From Chiloscyllium plagiosum (taxonomy: Eukaryota), in the NCBI RefSeq assembly GCF_004010195.1, contig NC_057752.1, positions 8,549,180 to 8,578,397 on the forward strand: a DNA stretch of 29,218 bases. Reading direction: 5' to 3'. Position numbers and translations under genes: made by a program. Under the pieces are notes generated by a model that searched no databases, had not been told where the DNA came from, and was given only the letters and a program-made list of their open reading frames with translations. Positions 1 to 11,594 of this stretch are shown here, piece after piece; the stretch's first letter is position 1, and each line of letters begins with the position of its first letter.

Positions 1-412
1 TGTATCCTCCTCTGTAGATTTTCTTCTTCCTCAGGATTTCTGTTTCACAGGTCATTGATAGATAAATGTACCTTTAAGAGAGCTATTTTTCAGGCAGTCT
101 GTACAAGCTGGTGGCTTGGCGGTTCTCCTCTCCAACTGTTAAATTTTCCCCAGTCTTATACCCCCAAAGCATGGATCGTTTCATTGGGTTTCAATATTGT
201 CAATATCCTAAATTCAAACTTGGAGGTTGGTATTTTGGGGTATAATTTAAACTGATTGATCGAATTTGAATTTGTTTTTGTCTCCAGGCAACCCAGCCAG
301 TGCTAGCTGTTCTGAACCAGAAGTTACATTGTAAATTCTCCAGCACTCTATGTACTTCTCTAAGTCTTTCAACTCTCTTAAAGGTACAGTATGCTTCTAC
401 ACCTTCATAACA
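1..412 (-). repeat. Possible LTR-like repeat remnant
   Basis: The minus strand starts TGTTATGAAG at 412, an LTR-like terminus, and there is no coding similarity. The other end is not seen. Confidence 0.25.
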
Positions 413-869
413 GTCAGCCAGGGCTACCTGATTGGCCCAGACTAACAGCCTCATGAAATCCCCCTAGCTGACCTTGTTACAATCACTCCGCAACTCCTCA
501 CCAATGCCATCCATTCTATTCATAAGAACAACTTTTCTCTGAATTGAGTGAATGTTCTTGAGTAATCTGGAGACTTTGTGAGTGGATCCACCCACCATCC
601 TCATGAATGTTGAGTGTTAACTGGGACTACCTTTCAATTTCAATTTTAATTAAATTTAAATTCCATCAGCTGCTGTGGTACAACTTCAACCGATGTCCTA
701 ACAGCATTAAATCAGGAGGGCTTCATTGGGTTTTGGGAAAAAAAAATTCACAAGCTATAAATGTTATCCTTCCACTTTGTGAGAAATGTAACTGAATACA
801 CATCTGGCATTGTCAAATTAAAGGGTCCTCATGTATACATGAATACACACAAGGATGCAGGCACACACA

Positions 870-1110
870 GGGACCCATGCATTTAGCTTCAGTCCATATT
901 AAGGCTGATACTCCAGTCCTGTATTGTCTTTTATATGCTGCTTGTTCTAGTGTTTTAGAAGAATGTTAAAAGAACCCTAGCACCATTTCAGTTGGTTGGT
1001 TTTGGACAATATTCCTAACTTAACCAATAAAACTTAGAATTGGGCTAACCAGTGATTCAACTTTTGGCTGTTCGGGGTGAGGGGGATACTGCTCCATAAC
1101 AGTCATTAGA
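870..1110 (+). mobile_element. Degenerate DeuSINE-like (SacSINE1/AmnSINE1-type) remnant
   Basis: The segments 'aggctgatactccagt', 'ccctagcaccatttc' and 'ggacaatattcctaacttaaccaat' loosely follow the recalled Deu-domain SINE layout. Confidence 0.35.
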
Positions 1111-1227
1111 TGTTGTAAAATCATTAACTATGCAAATATTTCAGATGTAAAAGGTAAAATATTCTAACAGAAATCATGCACTATAACATTCCATGAAAAG
1201 CAACAGAAAAGTGAATCATCTACTGGC

Positions 1228-1385
1228 CTGGTAGGAATTGGAACCTCAGTAAGTCCTGTAAGAAGGATAGCTGGAGAAAGACGCACAAAAGCTACAATTG
1301 GTCTTTTCAGGAAGTCTAACTCGCCAACCAAGACATTAGAGGCTTCGGCTCCAGTAGGTATCTTCTTCATGAAGTGAAGGTCAAC
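1228..1385 (-). CDS. SLC4A8: SLC4A8 coding exon (158 nt): [52 protein letters not shown](R)
   Basis: The translation matches the N-terminal cytoplasmic domain of SLC4 Na-coupled bicarbonate transporters. [22 protein letters not shown] and [10 protein letters not shown] fit SLC4A8 better than SLC4A7 or SLC4A10. The acceptor is ttgtttttgacag|GTT (phase 0); the 3' boundary is inferred at ACC AG|gccagt (phase 2). Confidence 0.93.
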
Positions 1386-2289
1386 CTGTCAAAAACAAAT
1401 GTGGTTATTCAGAAATGTTTCTCAGCAATAGCTGGAAAGTAAATCATCGAGTTTTGAACTTGTATTCTCGAAATAAAAGGACAGAGTCCCAACCTGAACT
1501 AAACCTCTTTGCAAGAATAGTCAGCACTAATAGCTCAGGGCCTAAATGCTGCATTCACTGTTTCGCAAGTTGTGATTCGTTGAGGCAAGATACAACTGGC
1601 CTCCTCAAAAATAAAATAAATCCGTCAAGGCTCCAAACATCCAATAACAAGTGTTGAAAACTGAACGTAGGAATCAGAGTGCTTATTAAACACGTAAATC
1701 CAAGGTCAGACTACACTGTGATCAGTTTCAGATAGACTTTCTTATTTTGTCAAATTCACAATTTAAAGTAAGGTGCTTTAATCTTACATTAGAATTCATT
1801 AGAATTCCTCAATTTGCTAATGTGTCACCTTTTCAACATATTTCAAAATTCTTGAGGATGGAAACAAAAATAAACAATCACTATTTCACTCTTCTGACAC
1901 AGACCTGGATCACTTGGAGTTACATAAATTATTCTTTCTCCAGATACAAGATGACTAATATTTCCATTTGTAAAGGATATTTATAGAAGACAAACATGGA
2001 AGGTTCACTAGAATTGCCAACATCTAAGAAAGTCTTTTGCAATTATTTCATTGAATATTTTTTTGAAAAAAAAATTGCAAATCCACTTTCAGCGTGTTCC
2101 AGATTCATTTTGAGACATTTTATCATGCTTCAGACTAAGCACTAATTACAGTCTTTGGAATTTCCTCAAATTGAGTTAATCTATACTCTCTCCACTGGCA
2201 GAGCCAAGTAACTGGCAAACTACAGAAGTCCCAAACCAGAATGACAATTAGCCTGTAATTGGTCTTGCTTTTTTAAAAAATATGTTTTC

Positions 2290-2400
2290 TACTCAACCTG
2301 TTCAGAGATGTTGTTACATAGCTCTGAAGCAGGGGGTCTTGAACCTGGGTCTCCTGGTATAGAGGCAGAGACACAAGAACTGTGGCACAAGAACTCCAGA
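2290..2400 (-). mobile_element. tRNA-derived SINE head fragment
   Basis: The minus strand has a B-box-like 'ccaggttcaagacc' and resembles the head of the SINE at 27283-27362. Confidence 0.45.
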
Positions 2401-2531
2401 ATATGCCTTATTGGGTTACTTTCCCAGGGAAGCACCTGAACAGTGACAATGCCATTTCACTGCTAACTTGGAAACTGTGCTCCAGAGCTGAAATTTAGTA
2501 AGAAGATACATCAGCTTGGACTTTCCTGTGT

Positions 2532-2910
2532 TAGAACATAGAACATTACAGCGCATACAGGCCCTTCGGTCCTCGATGTTGCGCCGACCTGTCATAACAA
2601 TCTGATGCCCATCTAACCTACACTATTCCATGTACGTCCATATGCTTGTCTAATGATAACTTAAATGTACTTAAAGTTGGCGAATCTACTACCTCTGGGT
2701 TTTGGGGAAAAAAAATTCACAAGCTATAAATGTTATCCTTCCACTGTGTGAGAAATGTGGAAGGATAACATCCTCTGACATCTGTCATATATCTATCACC
2801 CCCTTGTGCTCGCCGTCACCATACTTGGAAAAAGGCTCTCCCTGTCCACCCTATCTAACCCTCTGATTACCTTATATGTCTCTATTAAGTCACCTCTCAA
2901 CCTTCTTCTA
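2532..2910 (-). mobile_element. CR1 LINE 3' fragment
   Basis: It has the tail 'tagaacatagaaca...caggcccttcgg', and the RLRGDL end of ORF2 lies at 2880-2905. It is homologous to 8229-8600 in this window. Confidence 0.85.
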
Positions 2911-3678
2911 ACGAATAAAAGGAGGGCTAAGAGAGAGGTTGGACTCCCAACCTGCTTAGCAAAGAAAAAATTTAATTAAATGGGTCAGAAGGACAATATG
3001 AGACAGATTTGTAATTTTCCACCAAATGTAACCCTGATCCCAGCCACAAAAGTGTAGAAGGAAATAAATCAGTATTGAGGTAGTTTCTTTTGCAATGCAA
3101 AGGAACACTCGACAATAAAACATATCCTTACCCATCAGTTTGAGCCAGTTGAGGAGGTGGACATTGGCCTGAGGAAAGGTCATCTTCATCATGGCCTAAT
3201 ACAGAATTATGTGGAAAAGTTTTGCTTTGTGCAAAAATCAGGTTAATGCTAGTTAGCACCATTCTTTTACCAGAAAGAATGAGTCTTCTGCATTGACTTT
3301 GAGAAGCCTTAATCTAGTTCTTAGTGCTTTCAGATTTACAGCATGAAATGCCCAGAAATTACCACTATTTCATATAAATTAGATGTGTCACTCAAAACTC
3401 TTGCAGAATACTTTGAGAAGAAATTGAAATGACATAAGAATGTTATGGGAGCTTTTTCTGGGGTATCAGAGACATAGTAAGGTGAAGGAGTCGTACTCGT
3501 CATCAAGTTTACATGATAACCTACATAGAATGTCATGTGCCAGACTCTAAAGACATCAGCCAAGTTTCCAAAATTACAGAACTTTAATGCTGATATTTCA
3601 TATTTAAGTTACTAACTTCTTAAACTAGCTTTCCTGATATAAAGTGTTAAGACAGTAGATTAGAAAACAGTACTTCAT

Positions 3679-3897
3679 GACCAGAAATAAAATAAAGTAC
3701 TGCAGATGCTGGAAATCTGAAACAAAAGTGAAGTTGCTCAACAAACCCAGTAGGTCTGGCAGCATCTGTGGTGAGAAAGCAGAGTTAACATTTCAGGTCC
3801 AGTTCTGAAGAAGAGTTACTGGACCCGAAACGTTAACTCTGCTTTCCCCTCACAGATGCTGTCAGACCTACTGAATTTCTCCAGCAACTTCTGTTTT
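3679..3897. mobile_element. Inverted-repeat non-autonomous element (Penelope-terminus-like) carrying a hammerhead motif
   Basis: Inverted arms of about 80 bp are centred near 3810, with the direct repeat tacttcat at 3671-3678 and 3898-3905. It is the same family as 26532-26825. Confidence 0.8.
3801..3838 (+). ncRNA. Minimal hammerhead ribozyme motif
   Basis: The sequence reads agtt-CTGAAGA-a-gagttactggaccc-GAAACGTT-aact. The core boxes are present, stem I is agtt/aact, and stem II is imperfect. Confidence 0.6.
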
Positions 3898-4169
3898 TAC
3901 TTCATAAACAGACTCCAATATCCACACACAAGTGAGCAAGGTTGAACCTCACTTACTGTGTTACTGAACTTATTAACCCATTCCTGTGAAAAGGTTCATC
4001 ACATTAAAATACCAACCAAAAGCAATTTAGATGAATTGGTAACCACTGTTGCCAGAAAATCTTAAATGCTGCAAGTCTGAGAATTTTATACTGAACTTGT
4101 AACATGAACTCTTTTTCTCACTCCACAGACACTGTGAGACCCTCAGAGTTTCTCTAGCGCTTTGTTTTT

Positions 4170-5470
4170 GTTACAATATTCCAGTTATAGTCTCATTAAG
4201 ACCTTTAGCAATTGCAGAAAGACTGCTCATACTCCAAATCTTTTGTCATAAAGGCTAACACTCCATTGTTTGCCTAACTGCTTGATGTACTGATGTATTA
4301 AATTTGTACAAATCATGTCCAACAACAACCAGATCCTTCTAAATACCAATATCTCTCAGTCTTCTATCTTTTGCAAAATATTCTGTTCTTCAATTTTTCT
4401 TACCAAAGTTAACAACTTCACATTTGTATATATTACATTCCATCTGCTACACTCTTGCCCATTTACCTAACTTGCCTATTTTGTTGCAGCCGAGCTGGGA
4501 AGTGGGTTTGCTGACGGTTCATCCTCTTTCCAGTTGACATCCTCAGTGCTATGGAGCCTCCTGTGAAGTGCTGCTGTACTGCATCGGTTGGAACTTATTT
4601 GGTTTTGTTCCCACTGTTTCCGGATATTTGGTGCAGTGGTCAGTATATTGGGTCTCAATCAATGAGTTTATTGATGGGGTCCATGGATGAGTGTCATGCT
4701 TCTAGAAATTCTCTGGCTGTCCTCTGTTTGGCTTGTCCTACTATTGTTGTGTTGTCCGAGTTGATTTTGTGCTTCTTGTTGTTTGTGTGTATAGCTACTA
4801 GGGACAGCTGGTTGTGGCATTTAGTGGCTAGTTGATGTTCATGTATGTGGACTGGGACAACACAGCAATTTTAGGACAAGCCAAACAGAGGACAGCCAGA
4901 GAATTTCTAGAAGCTTGGCACTGATCCATGGACTCCATCAATAAAGACATTGACCTAGACCCAGTATACCGACCACTGCAACGAACAACCGGAACCAGCA
5001 ACTGGAAGGGCACCTGGACAGGGGACGAAATGTCTGCAAAACTGACTTCCCAGCTCAGTGAACATACCTACAACAACTGCAACCGGCACCTGAGCTACAA
5101 ATCTTCACAAAAACCTTTCTGCTTCCTTGCAGCCTCCTCACAGCTTACTTTCCCTCTATCTTCAAGTCAGCAAGAAACTTGGATATATTATATGCAGCCT
5201 CTCATCTAAGTCATTGATATTAATTGTAAATACCTTAAACCTCAGCACTGATCATTGCAGTACCACATTAGTTATAGCTGTAATTCTGAAAATGACTATT
5301 CTGTTTGTTAATGAATTGCCTCATAGTCCTAATTTTGTGTCATAACTTCTTAGTATCTTATTGAATGTTTTTTGAAAATTAAAATCACTATGTGCACTAT
5401 TTCCTTCTGATCTACTCTATTTATTATAGCCTCAATTTAGTTTAAACAGATTTATCATTTCCCTTTCATA
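4170..5470 (-). mobile_element. Old degenerate CR1 RT fragment interrupted by Penelope pieces
   Basis: 4400-4476 reads as WA..WQM.YN..KCEVV.FG on the minus strand, and the element resumes at about 5118. Confidence 0.6.
4478..5117. mobile_element. Two Penelope-like 3' fragments in inverted arrangement (minus 4478-4848, plus 4849-5117)
   Basis: The GIY-YIG C-terminal motifs (WDNT.ILGQAKQRTAREFLEAWH, SINK.IDLDP.YRPL) occur on both strands and are homologous to 28405-28899. Confidence 0.85.
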
Positions 5471-6554
5471 AATATCAAGTGTCAGTAGGGAAACATTTAG
5501 GAGACAATGATAATTGACCACAAGGTTTATGATGATGATAGAATAGGGGAATGAGCAATCCAGAGTAAGAATAATTAGTTGGGGACAGCCAACCTCAATG
5601 GGGCAACAACAGAGTTGGGCTGGATAGACTGGAACAAAAGGTTGAAACTATAGCTGAACAATGGGCTACCTTCAAAGAGGAGATGTTTCAGGTACAGTTA
5701 AAATATGTTCCCTCAAAAGGGAAAGGGAGGGCAAACAACTGTGGAGCTACTTGGATGAAAAATGAGATACAAATTAAGGAAAAAAAGTGTGCTTAATGAC
5801 AAGTATCAGGCAGAAAATAAAATTGAGAACCAAGCTGAATACAGAAGGCCCAGAAGGGAGGTGATAAAACATATTAAAGGACGAAGAGGGATTATGAGAA
5901 AAGACTGGTGGCCAAACTAAGAGGCAGTCCCAAAGTCTTCTATACGCACATAAAAGGGTGGTAAAAGGACAAAAAAAAGGAATTGACACATGGATGCTTG
6001 GGGCATTGCAGATGTTTTAAATGAATACTTTGCACCTGTTTTTACTAAGGAGTGGATACTAGGTTATGGTAGCAAAACAAAGGGCTCAAAATTGTTAAAG
6101 AGGAAGTGTTGTATACACTGTCAGTAAATACAGTTGACAAGGTAGCAGGACCAGATGAAATGAATCCAAGGATATTGAATGTAGTGAGAGTGGAAATTTC
6201 AGGAGCACTGACAATAATCTTTCCGTCTTCCCTGAGTGGCGCTAGAAGACTGGTGAATTGCAGACATTATGCTCTTGTTCAAAAAGAGAGTGTAAGGATG
6301 TGTCTAGCAATTACAGATCAGTTTAAAATCAGTATCTGGGAAGTTTCTAGAAGCAATTATTTGGGATAGAATTAATAGTCATATGGAAAAATGTGTGTTG
6401 ACTAGGAAGAACCAGCATAGATAAAGGGAAAATTGTGTTTAACTTATTTGCTGGAGTCTTTTTGAAGAGGAAACAGAAAGGGTCAATTAGGGAAATTTTG
6501 TTGATGTGGTATACATGGATTGCAGAAGGTATTTGATACATTGCCACACAACAG

Positions 6555-7247
6555 ACCACGACAAGCAGACCAAACACAGCCAGAAACCCTAACCACCTTA
6601 CCATACATCAAAGAAGTTTCAGAAATGACAGCCAGACTACTAAGACCCCTCGGAATCCTAGTAGCACACAAACCCACCAACACTCTCAAAAACTAACAAA
6701 CTTAAAAGACCCAGTACAACCCATGAACAAAACCAACGTCATGTACAAAGTTCCATGCAAAGACTGCCATAAACACTACGTAGGACAAACAGGAAGAAAG
6801 TTAGCCACCAGGATACACGAACACCAGCTAGCCACAAAAAGACACGACCCTCTCTCCCTCGTAGCCCTACACACGGATGAAAAAAACCACCATTTTGACT
6901 GGGACAACACATCTATCCTGGGACAGGCTAAGCAAAGACATGCCAGATAATTCCTAGAGGCCTGGCACTCCAACCACAACGCCATAAACAAACACATAGA
7001 TCTAGATGCCATCTATCAACTCCTCAGAAAACGAACAGGAAATGACATCACCACAAACCCCAGGAATCCCATCCAGGAGAAAGATATAAATAGAAAGCAG
7101 GAGACAACAGCTTCGCTTCACTTGGAGGTCGCCACTGATGATGTTACCTAGCCAGGTAATGAAACGTCTGGATATCAAACCTACAGCTCAGCGAGCAAAC
7201 CTACACCCTAAACCTCAACCTGAGCTACAAACCTTCACAAACCTTGC
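6555..7247 (+). mobile_element. Penelope-like element 3' part (GIY-YIG endonuclease plus terminal region)
   Basis: TLPYIKEVSEMTARLL and NVMYKVPCKDCHKHYVGQTGRKLATRIHEH match the PLE GIY-YIG motif, and a hammerhead lies in the terminal region. Confidence 0.9.
7132..7171 (+). ncRNA. Minimal hammerhead ribozyme in Penelope terminus
   Basis: The sequence reads cca-CTGATGA-t-gttacc-tagcca-ggtaat-GAAACGTC-tgg. The core is intact, stem II is 6 bp, stem I is cca/tgg, and the predicted cleavage is after GUC at 7168. Confidence 0.75.
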
Positions 7248-8643
7248 AAAAATTAAGTTTATGGATGGTATTAAACTTGGAAGAATTGTAAACTGAGGGG
7301 AGGAAGGTGCAGACCTTTAAAAAGGACATTGACAAGTTGGTGGAGAGGGCAGATAGGTAGCAGATGAAATTAATGTAAAGAAATGTGAATTGATGCACTT
7401 TGATAGAGAGAAAATTGACGGACAATATGAGGGGTATTATTCTTAAAGTGGTGTAGAAGCAGAGGAACCTAGGTGTACACGTGCATAGATCATTGAATGT
7501 GGCAGGACAAGCAGAGAAAGCAGTTAGTAGTTAATAAAAGAGAGTATTTATTTGTAGAGTATAACAGCAAAGAGGCAATGCTGAAATTATACAAGCAGTA
7601 ATTAGACTTCACTTGCAGTTTTGTGTGCAGTTCTAACCATCACACTTCAGGAAGAATATGAACAGACTGTGATAGTGTGCAGGAGCGATTTACAAGGTTC
7701 CAGGTATGAGGAACTTCAGTAATGATGAAAGATTGGAAAGTTGGGATCGTTCTCCTTGGAAAAAAGAAGGCTAACAGAAGGTCCAATAGAAGTTTTAAAA
7801 ATCATAAAAGCTGGATAGAGTAGACAGGGAGAAACTGTTTTCACTCAAAACAACTGTGTATGGGAGGGCACAGATTTCAAGTGATTTACAAAAGTAACAG
7901 ATGTGACATGGGAAAAACCACTTGTGCAGACAGGTGGTTCAGGTCTGCAATGCGTTGCCTGAAGTATGGTGGAGGCAGGTTCAGTTGAGGCATTAAAGAA
8001 GGCAATACATTATTATTTGAATTAGTGTGAAAAGGTATTAGAAAAGGAAGGAGAATGGTATGAAGTCATAACACTCTTTTGGAGAGCTGATGCAGATGTG
8101 ATATGCCAAATGGTCTCCATCTGCACCATATCACTTCTGCAATTCTGTGAAATGAGAGTCAACTCTGCCAATAACATTATGATTTAAAGTGCCTCATGTT
8201 ATATTCTAGCAGTGTCCCTAATCCTACGTAGAACATAGAACAAAAAGCACAGAACAGGCCCTTTGGCCCTCGATGTTGCACTGATCTGTGAACTAATCTA
8301 AAGCCCATCACTCTCCACTATCCCATCATCATCCATATGCTTATCCAAGGAAAGTTTAAATGCCCCTAATGTGGCTGAGTTAACTACATTGGCAGGCACG
8401 CATTTAACACTCTCTGAGTAAAGAACCTGCCTCTAACATCTGTCTTAAATCTTTCACCCCTCAATTTGCACCTATGCTCCCTCGTATAAACAGATGTCAT
8501 CACCCTAGGAAAAAGAGTCTCACTGTCCACCCTATCTAATCCTCTGATGATCTTCTATGTCTCTATTAAATCACCTCTTAGCCTTTTTCTCTCCAATGAG
8601 AACAGGCCCAAGTCCCTCAGCCTTTCTTCATAAAACTTTTGCT

Positions 8644-9411
8644 TCAGACCAGGCAACATCTCCTCTGCACCTTTTCCAATGCTTCCACATCCTTCCTGCA
8701 ATGGGGAGACCAGAACTGCACATAATACTCCAAGTGCGGCCGCACTAGCGTTTTGTACAGTTGCAGCATGACAGCATGGCTCGGGAACTCAATCCCTCTA
8801 CGAATGAAACCTAACACACCGTGTGCCTTCTTAACAGCACTATCAACCTGGGTGGCAACTTTCAGGGATCTATGTACATGGACACCAAGATGCCTCTGCA
8901 CATCCACACTACCAAGAATCTTTCCATTGACCCAGTATTCTGCCTTCCTGTTAAGCTTCCCAAAGTGAATTACCTCACATTTATCTGCATTGAACTCCAT
9001 TTGCCACCTTTCAGCCCAGTTCTGCAGTTTATCCAAGTGTCCCTGCAACCTGCAAATTTCTTCCACACTGTCCACCACTCCACTAACTTTATTATCATCT
9101 GCAAACTTACTGACCCATCCACTTATGCCTGCGTCCAAGTCGTTTATAAAAATGACAAACAGCAATGGTCCCAAAACAGATCCTTGTGGCACACCGCTCG
9201 TAACTGGACTCCAAGCTAAATATTTTCCATCAACCACCACTCGCTGCCTTCTTACAGAAAGCCAGTTTCTAATCCGAGCTGCTAAATCACCCTCAATCCC
9301 ATGCCTCCACATTTTCTCTAAAAGCCTACCATGTTGAACCTTATCAAAGGCTTTACTGAAGTCCATGTACACCACATCAACTGCTCTACCCTCATCCACA
9401 TTCCTGGTCAC
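8644..9411 (-). pseudogene. CR1 reverse transcriptase domain (open segment, 255 aa)
   Basis: The ORF track shows DFSKAFDKV, PQGSVLGP, FADD and WQMEFN.DKC. The flanking ORF2 is frameshifted. Confidence 0.9.
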
Positions 9412-11263
9412 CTTCTCAAAAACTTAATGAGGTTTGTCAGACATGACCTATCCTTGACAAATCCATGCTGACTATTTCCAATCCAACTGTTGCTTGCTAG
9501 ATGATTATAAATCCTATCTCTTATAATCCTTTCCAAAACTTTTCCTACAACAGACATTATCTCTACTGCCCTTCTTGAACAAGAGCGCAACATTTGCAAT
9601 CCTCCAGTCCTCTGGTACTAAACCTGTAGACAATGACGACTCAAAGATCAAGGCCAAAGGCTCAGCTATCTCCTTCCTAGCTTCCCAGAGAACTCTTGGA
9701 AAAATCCCATCTAGAATTGATAACACCTCTTCCTTACTAACCTCAATCCTTTCTAGTCTAATAGCCTGTATCTCAGTCTTCTCCTCTACAATATTCTCCT
9801 TTTCCTGAGTGAAAACAGGTGAGAAATATTTGTTTAACATCTCTCCAATCTCCACAGGGTCCACACACAACTTCCCACTTCTGTCTTTGACAGGCCCTAT
9901 TCCTACCCTAGTCATCCTTTTATTCCTCACATATCTATAGAAAGCTTTAAGGTTCTCCTTTATTCTACTTGCTAAAGACTGCTCATGTCCCCTCCTTGCT
10001 CTTTTTAACTCTCTCTTTAAATCCTTTCCAGCTACTCTGTAACTAGCCATCGCCTCATCTGAACCATCTTGCCTCAACATCACATAAGCCTCCCTCTTCT
10101 GCTAAACAAGAGATACAATTTCTTTAGTAAACCACGATTCCCTTACCTTATCACTTCCTCCCTGCCTGACAACATCTGTTCCTTAAATCAGCTCCACATT
10201 TCGATTGTCCCCATCCCCTGCAAAGCCACACCTCCCCCTCTTTTACCACCTTCCCTGATCTTAATGAAAGATCTAAACCATGGAATCTGCAACATCCATT
10301 CCTGATCTTGCTCTATCCATGTCTCAGAAATGACCACAACATCGAAGTCCCAGGTACTTAGATGCTGCAAGCTCATCTACCTTATTCCGGATTATCCTGG
10401 CATTGAAGTAGACACACTTCAAACCAGCTTGCTGTCTGCCAGCACATTCCTGTGACCATGAAATCCTGTCCATGCCCTCCCTACCCTCATCCTCTGTTGT
10501 ATTGGAACTACAACACAGGTTCCCAACCCCCTGCTGAGCTGGTTTAAACCCACCCAAATAGCACTAGCAAACATCCCACCCAAGATATTAGTACCCTCTG
10601 GTTCAAGTGAAGACCGTCCTGTTTGTAGAGGTCCCAACTTCGCCAGAATGAGCCCCAATTATCGATAAACCTGAAACCCTCCCTCCTGCACCATCCCTGT
10701 AGCCATGTGTTCAGCTGATATCTCTCTCTGTTCTTCACCTCGCTATCACATGGCACAGGTAACAAACCAGAGATAACAACTGTTTGTTCTAGCTCTCAGC
10801 TTCCACCCTAGCTCCCTGAAATCCTGCCTTACATCCCTATCCCTCTTTCTACCTATGTTGTTGGTACCTCTATGGACCACGACTTGGGGCTGGTCACCCT
10901 CTCTCTTCAGGACCCCAAAGACATGATCCGAGACAGCACAGACCCTGGCATCTTGGAGGCAACATACCAACCACGAGTCTCTTTCATTCCCAACAAACCT
11001 TCTATCTGACCCTCTCACTATTGAGATCCCAATGATTAACACTCTCCTTCTTTCCCTCCTTCCTTTCTGTGCAACAGGAATAGACTCTGTGCCAGAGACC
11101 TGCACCCCAATGCATGCCCCTGGTAAGTTGACCCCCCAAACAGTATCCAGAACGGTATACTTTTTTTTCAGGGGAACGACCACTGGAGATCCCTGCACTG
11201 ACTGTTTCTCCCCCCTTCTAACAGTTACCCAGCTTTCTTCGTGCTTAGGAGTAACTACTTTCT

Positions 11264-11594
11264 GGGCGGCACGGTGGCACAGTGGTTAGCACTGCTGCCT
11301 CACAGCGCCAGAGACCCGGGTTCAATTCCCGCCTCAGGCGACTAATTGTGTGGAATTTGCACGTTCTCCCCGTGTCTGCGTGGGTTTCCTCCGGGTGCTC
11401 CGGTTTCCTCCCACAGTCCAAAGATGTGCAGGTCAGGTGAAGTGGCCATGCTAAATTGCCCGTAGTGTTAGGTAAGGGGTAAATGTAGGGGTATTGGTGG
11501 GTTGCGCTTCGGCGGGGTGGTGTGGACTTGTTGGGCCGAAGGGCCTGTTTCCACACTGTAAGTAATCTAATCTAAAAGTAATCTAATCTAATCT
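11264..11594 (+). mobile_element. HE1-type V-SINE inserted in CR1 ORF1
   Basis: It has a tRNA head (A box tggcacagtgg, B box ggttcaattcc) and a V-domain 'tttgcacgttctccccgtgtctgcgtgggtttcctccgggtgctccggtttcctcccac'. The CR1-like tail 'gggccgaagggcctgtttcc' ends in (taatc)n. CpGs are retained, suggesting a young copy. Confidence 0.93.

Larger units (their letters stand above)
5485..8150 (+). mobile_element. Degenerate CR1 LINE (ORF2 region to 3' end), interrupted by Penelope at 6555-7247
   Basis: Remnant motifs include LNEYFAPVFTKE, DKVAGPDEMNPRIL, VDVVYMD.QKVFD and WQMK.NVKKCEL.HF, with a 3' tail near 8100-8150. It has many stops and frameshifts. Confidence 0.85.

Noticed and set aside
1164..1370. 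68-aa ORF as a complete CDS
   Set aside because: It is an internal exon; similarity starts 5 codons before the ATG and ends at PTR.
3130..3166. Splice-site-flanked 37-nt segment on the minus strand (ttcctcag|GCC...TGG|gtaagg)
   Set aside because: It would shift the frame in a phase-0 intron and has no homology support.
11264..11335. tRNA gene
   Set aside because: It is the tRNA-derived head of the SINE and continues directly into the V-domain.
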